Source of the DNA: Candidatus Saccharimonadota bacterium
GTDB lineage: Bacteria > Pseudomonadota > Gammaproteobacteria > Burkholderiales > Burkholderiaceae
Length of the DNA: 32,000 nucleotides
Direction: 5' to 3'
Assembly (NCBI GenBank): GCA_000147015.1
Contig: CP002161.1
Coordinates: 90,001 to 122,000, forward strand
The notes under the pieces are model-generated. The model worked only from the letters and a program-made list of their open reading frames with translations. It was not told where the DNA came from and made no database searches. A program made the position numbers and the translations under genes. The stretch's first letter is position 1. Each line of letters begins with the position of its first letter. Shown here piece after piece: positions 31,410 through 32,000 of this stretch.

Positions 31410-32000
31410 TTAAAATTTAATTATTTTTAAAAAATTTATAATTATATTTTTATTAATTTTAAAATTATTATATTTTTTTAATTTCATTTTTCCCCTTTTT
31501 TGTTTTTTTAAAAGTTTATTTTTTCTATTAATATCTCCACCATAACATTTAGAAATAACATTTTTCCTATATGATTTAATAGTCTTACTAGATATTATTT
31601 TATTATTAACAGAAATTTGTAAATTTATATTAAACATTTTTTTAGAAAAATATTTTAATAAATTATCTAAAATTTGATTACCTATAATAAAAATTTTTTT
31701 TTTATGAATAAATAAAGATAAATTATTAATTTTTTTTTTATTTAATAAAATATTTAATTTAACAATATTTGATTTTTTATATTTTAAAAATTTATATTTC
31801 ATATAACCATATCCATTAGTAATATTTTTTAAATTATTATAAAAATTATATATTATTTCATTTAAAGGAATTTCATATATAATTTTAACATAATTATTTT
31901 TATAAATTATATTTTTTTGTATACCTCTATTTTTAATACATAATTTAATAATAGAATTTATATATTTTATAGGAGAATAAATTTTTAATTTTACTATATA
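31410..32000 (-). CDS. lepA: Elongation factor 4 (LepA), 3' part; the gene continues beyond the window
   Basis: The C-terminus (RKNVISKCYGGDINRKNKLLKKQKRGKMKLKK) matches the LepA-specific tail. The frame is open by hand translation up to position 32000 (IKLCIKNRGIQ...YEIPLNEIIYNFYNNLKNITNGYGYM...). Confidence 0.9.
   Translation of the reverse strand, partial: YIVKLKIYSPIKYINSIIKLCIKNRGIQKNIIYKNNYVKIIYEIPLNEIIYNFYNNLKNITNGYGYMKYKFLKYKKSNIVKLNILLNKKKINNLSLFIHKKKIFIIGNQILDNLLKYFSKKMFNINLQISVNNKIISSKTIKSYRKNVISKCYGGDINRKNKLLKKQKRGKMKLKKYNNFKINKNIIINFLKIIKF

Overview
This is an extremely A+T-rich (by eye well under 20% G+C), very gene-dense bacterial sequence. It only reads coherently if TGA encodes Trp (translation table 4). 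Almost every fragmented ORF in the six-frame track rejoins in-frame across TGA codons, several of which sit on conserved Trp positions.

Contents in order:
- 3' end of tmRNA
- complete, intact 14-gene NADH:quinone oxidoreductase operon nuoA-N (minus strand, 246-13954)
- possible secG relic, then greA and rpsO
- rlmB-fdxA-fnr-rluC on the plus strand
- tRNA-Pro, tRNA-Arg, rluD
- tRNA-Ala, tRNA-Ile, a small unknown ORF, tRNA-Val
- ndk, hisS, der
- a 566-nt non-coding gap, then tRNA-Ser(UGA)
- a motif-eroded thiD homolog, ileS, tRNA-Ser(GCU)
- an eroded and truncated trpD homolog, initiator tRNA, dnaB
- an S18 gene with a roughly 195-aa N-terminal extension, then a short rpsF
- a HAD-IB phosphatase, rnc, and the 3' part of lepA

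Several gene orders look like collapsed betaproteobacterial synteny: secG-nuoA, rpsF-(priB)-rpsR-(rplI)-dnaB, lepA-(lepB)-rnc and ndk...hisS...der. Together with UGA=Trp, a retained complex I and the extreme composition, this suggests a Zinderia-like obligate insect endosymbiont. That attribution is inference from memory, not a database search.

I see no mobile elements, CRISPR arrays, defence systems or secondary-metabolite systems, and I do not think a novel multi-gene system is present. The observations most worth a second look are:
- two open but motif-eroded enzyme homologs (thiD-like and trpD-like)
- the extended S18 ORF occupying the priB slot
- the one large non-coding gap
- an rRNA-spacer-type tRNA-Ile/tRNA-Ala pair with no rRNA next to it
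- A15-A17 homopolymers inside essential genes
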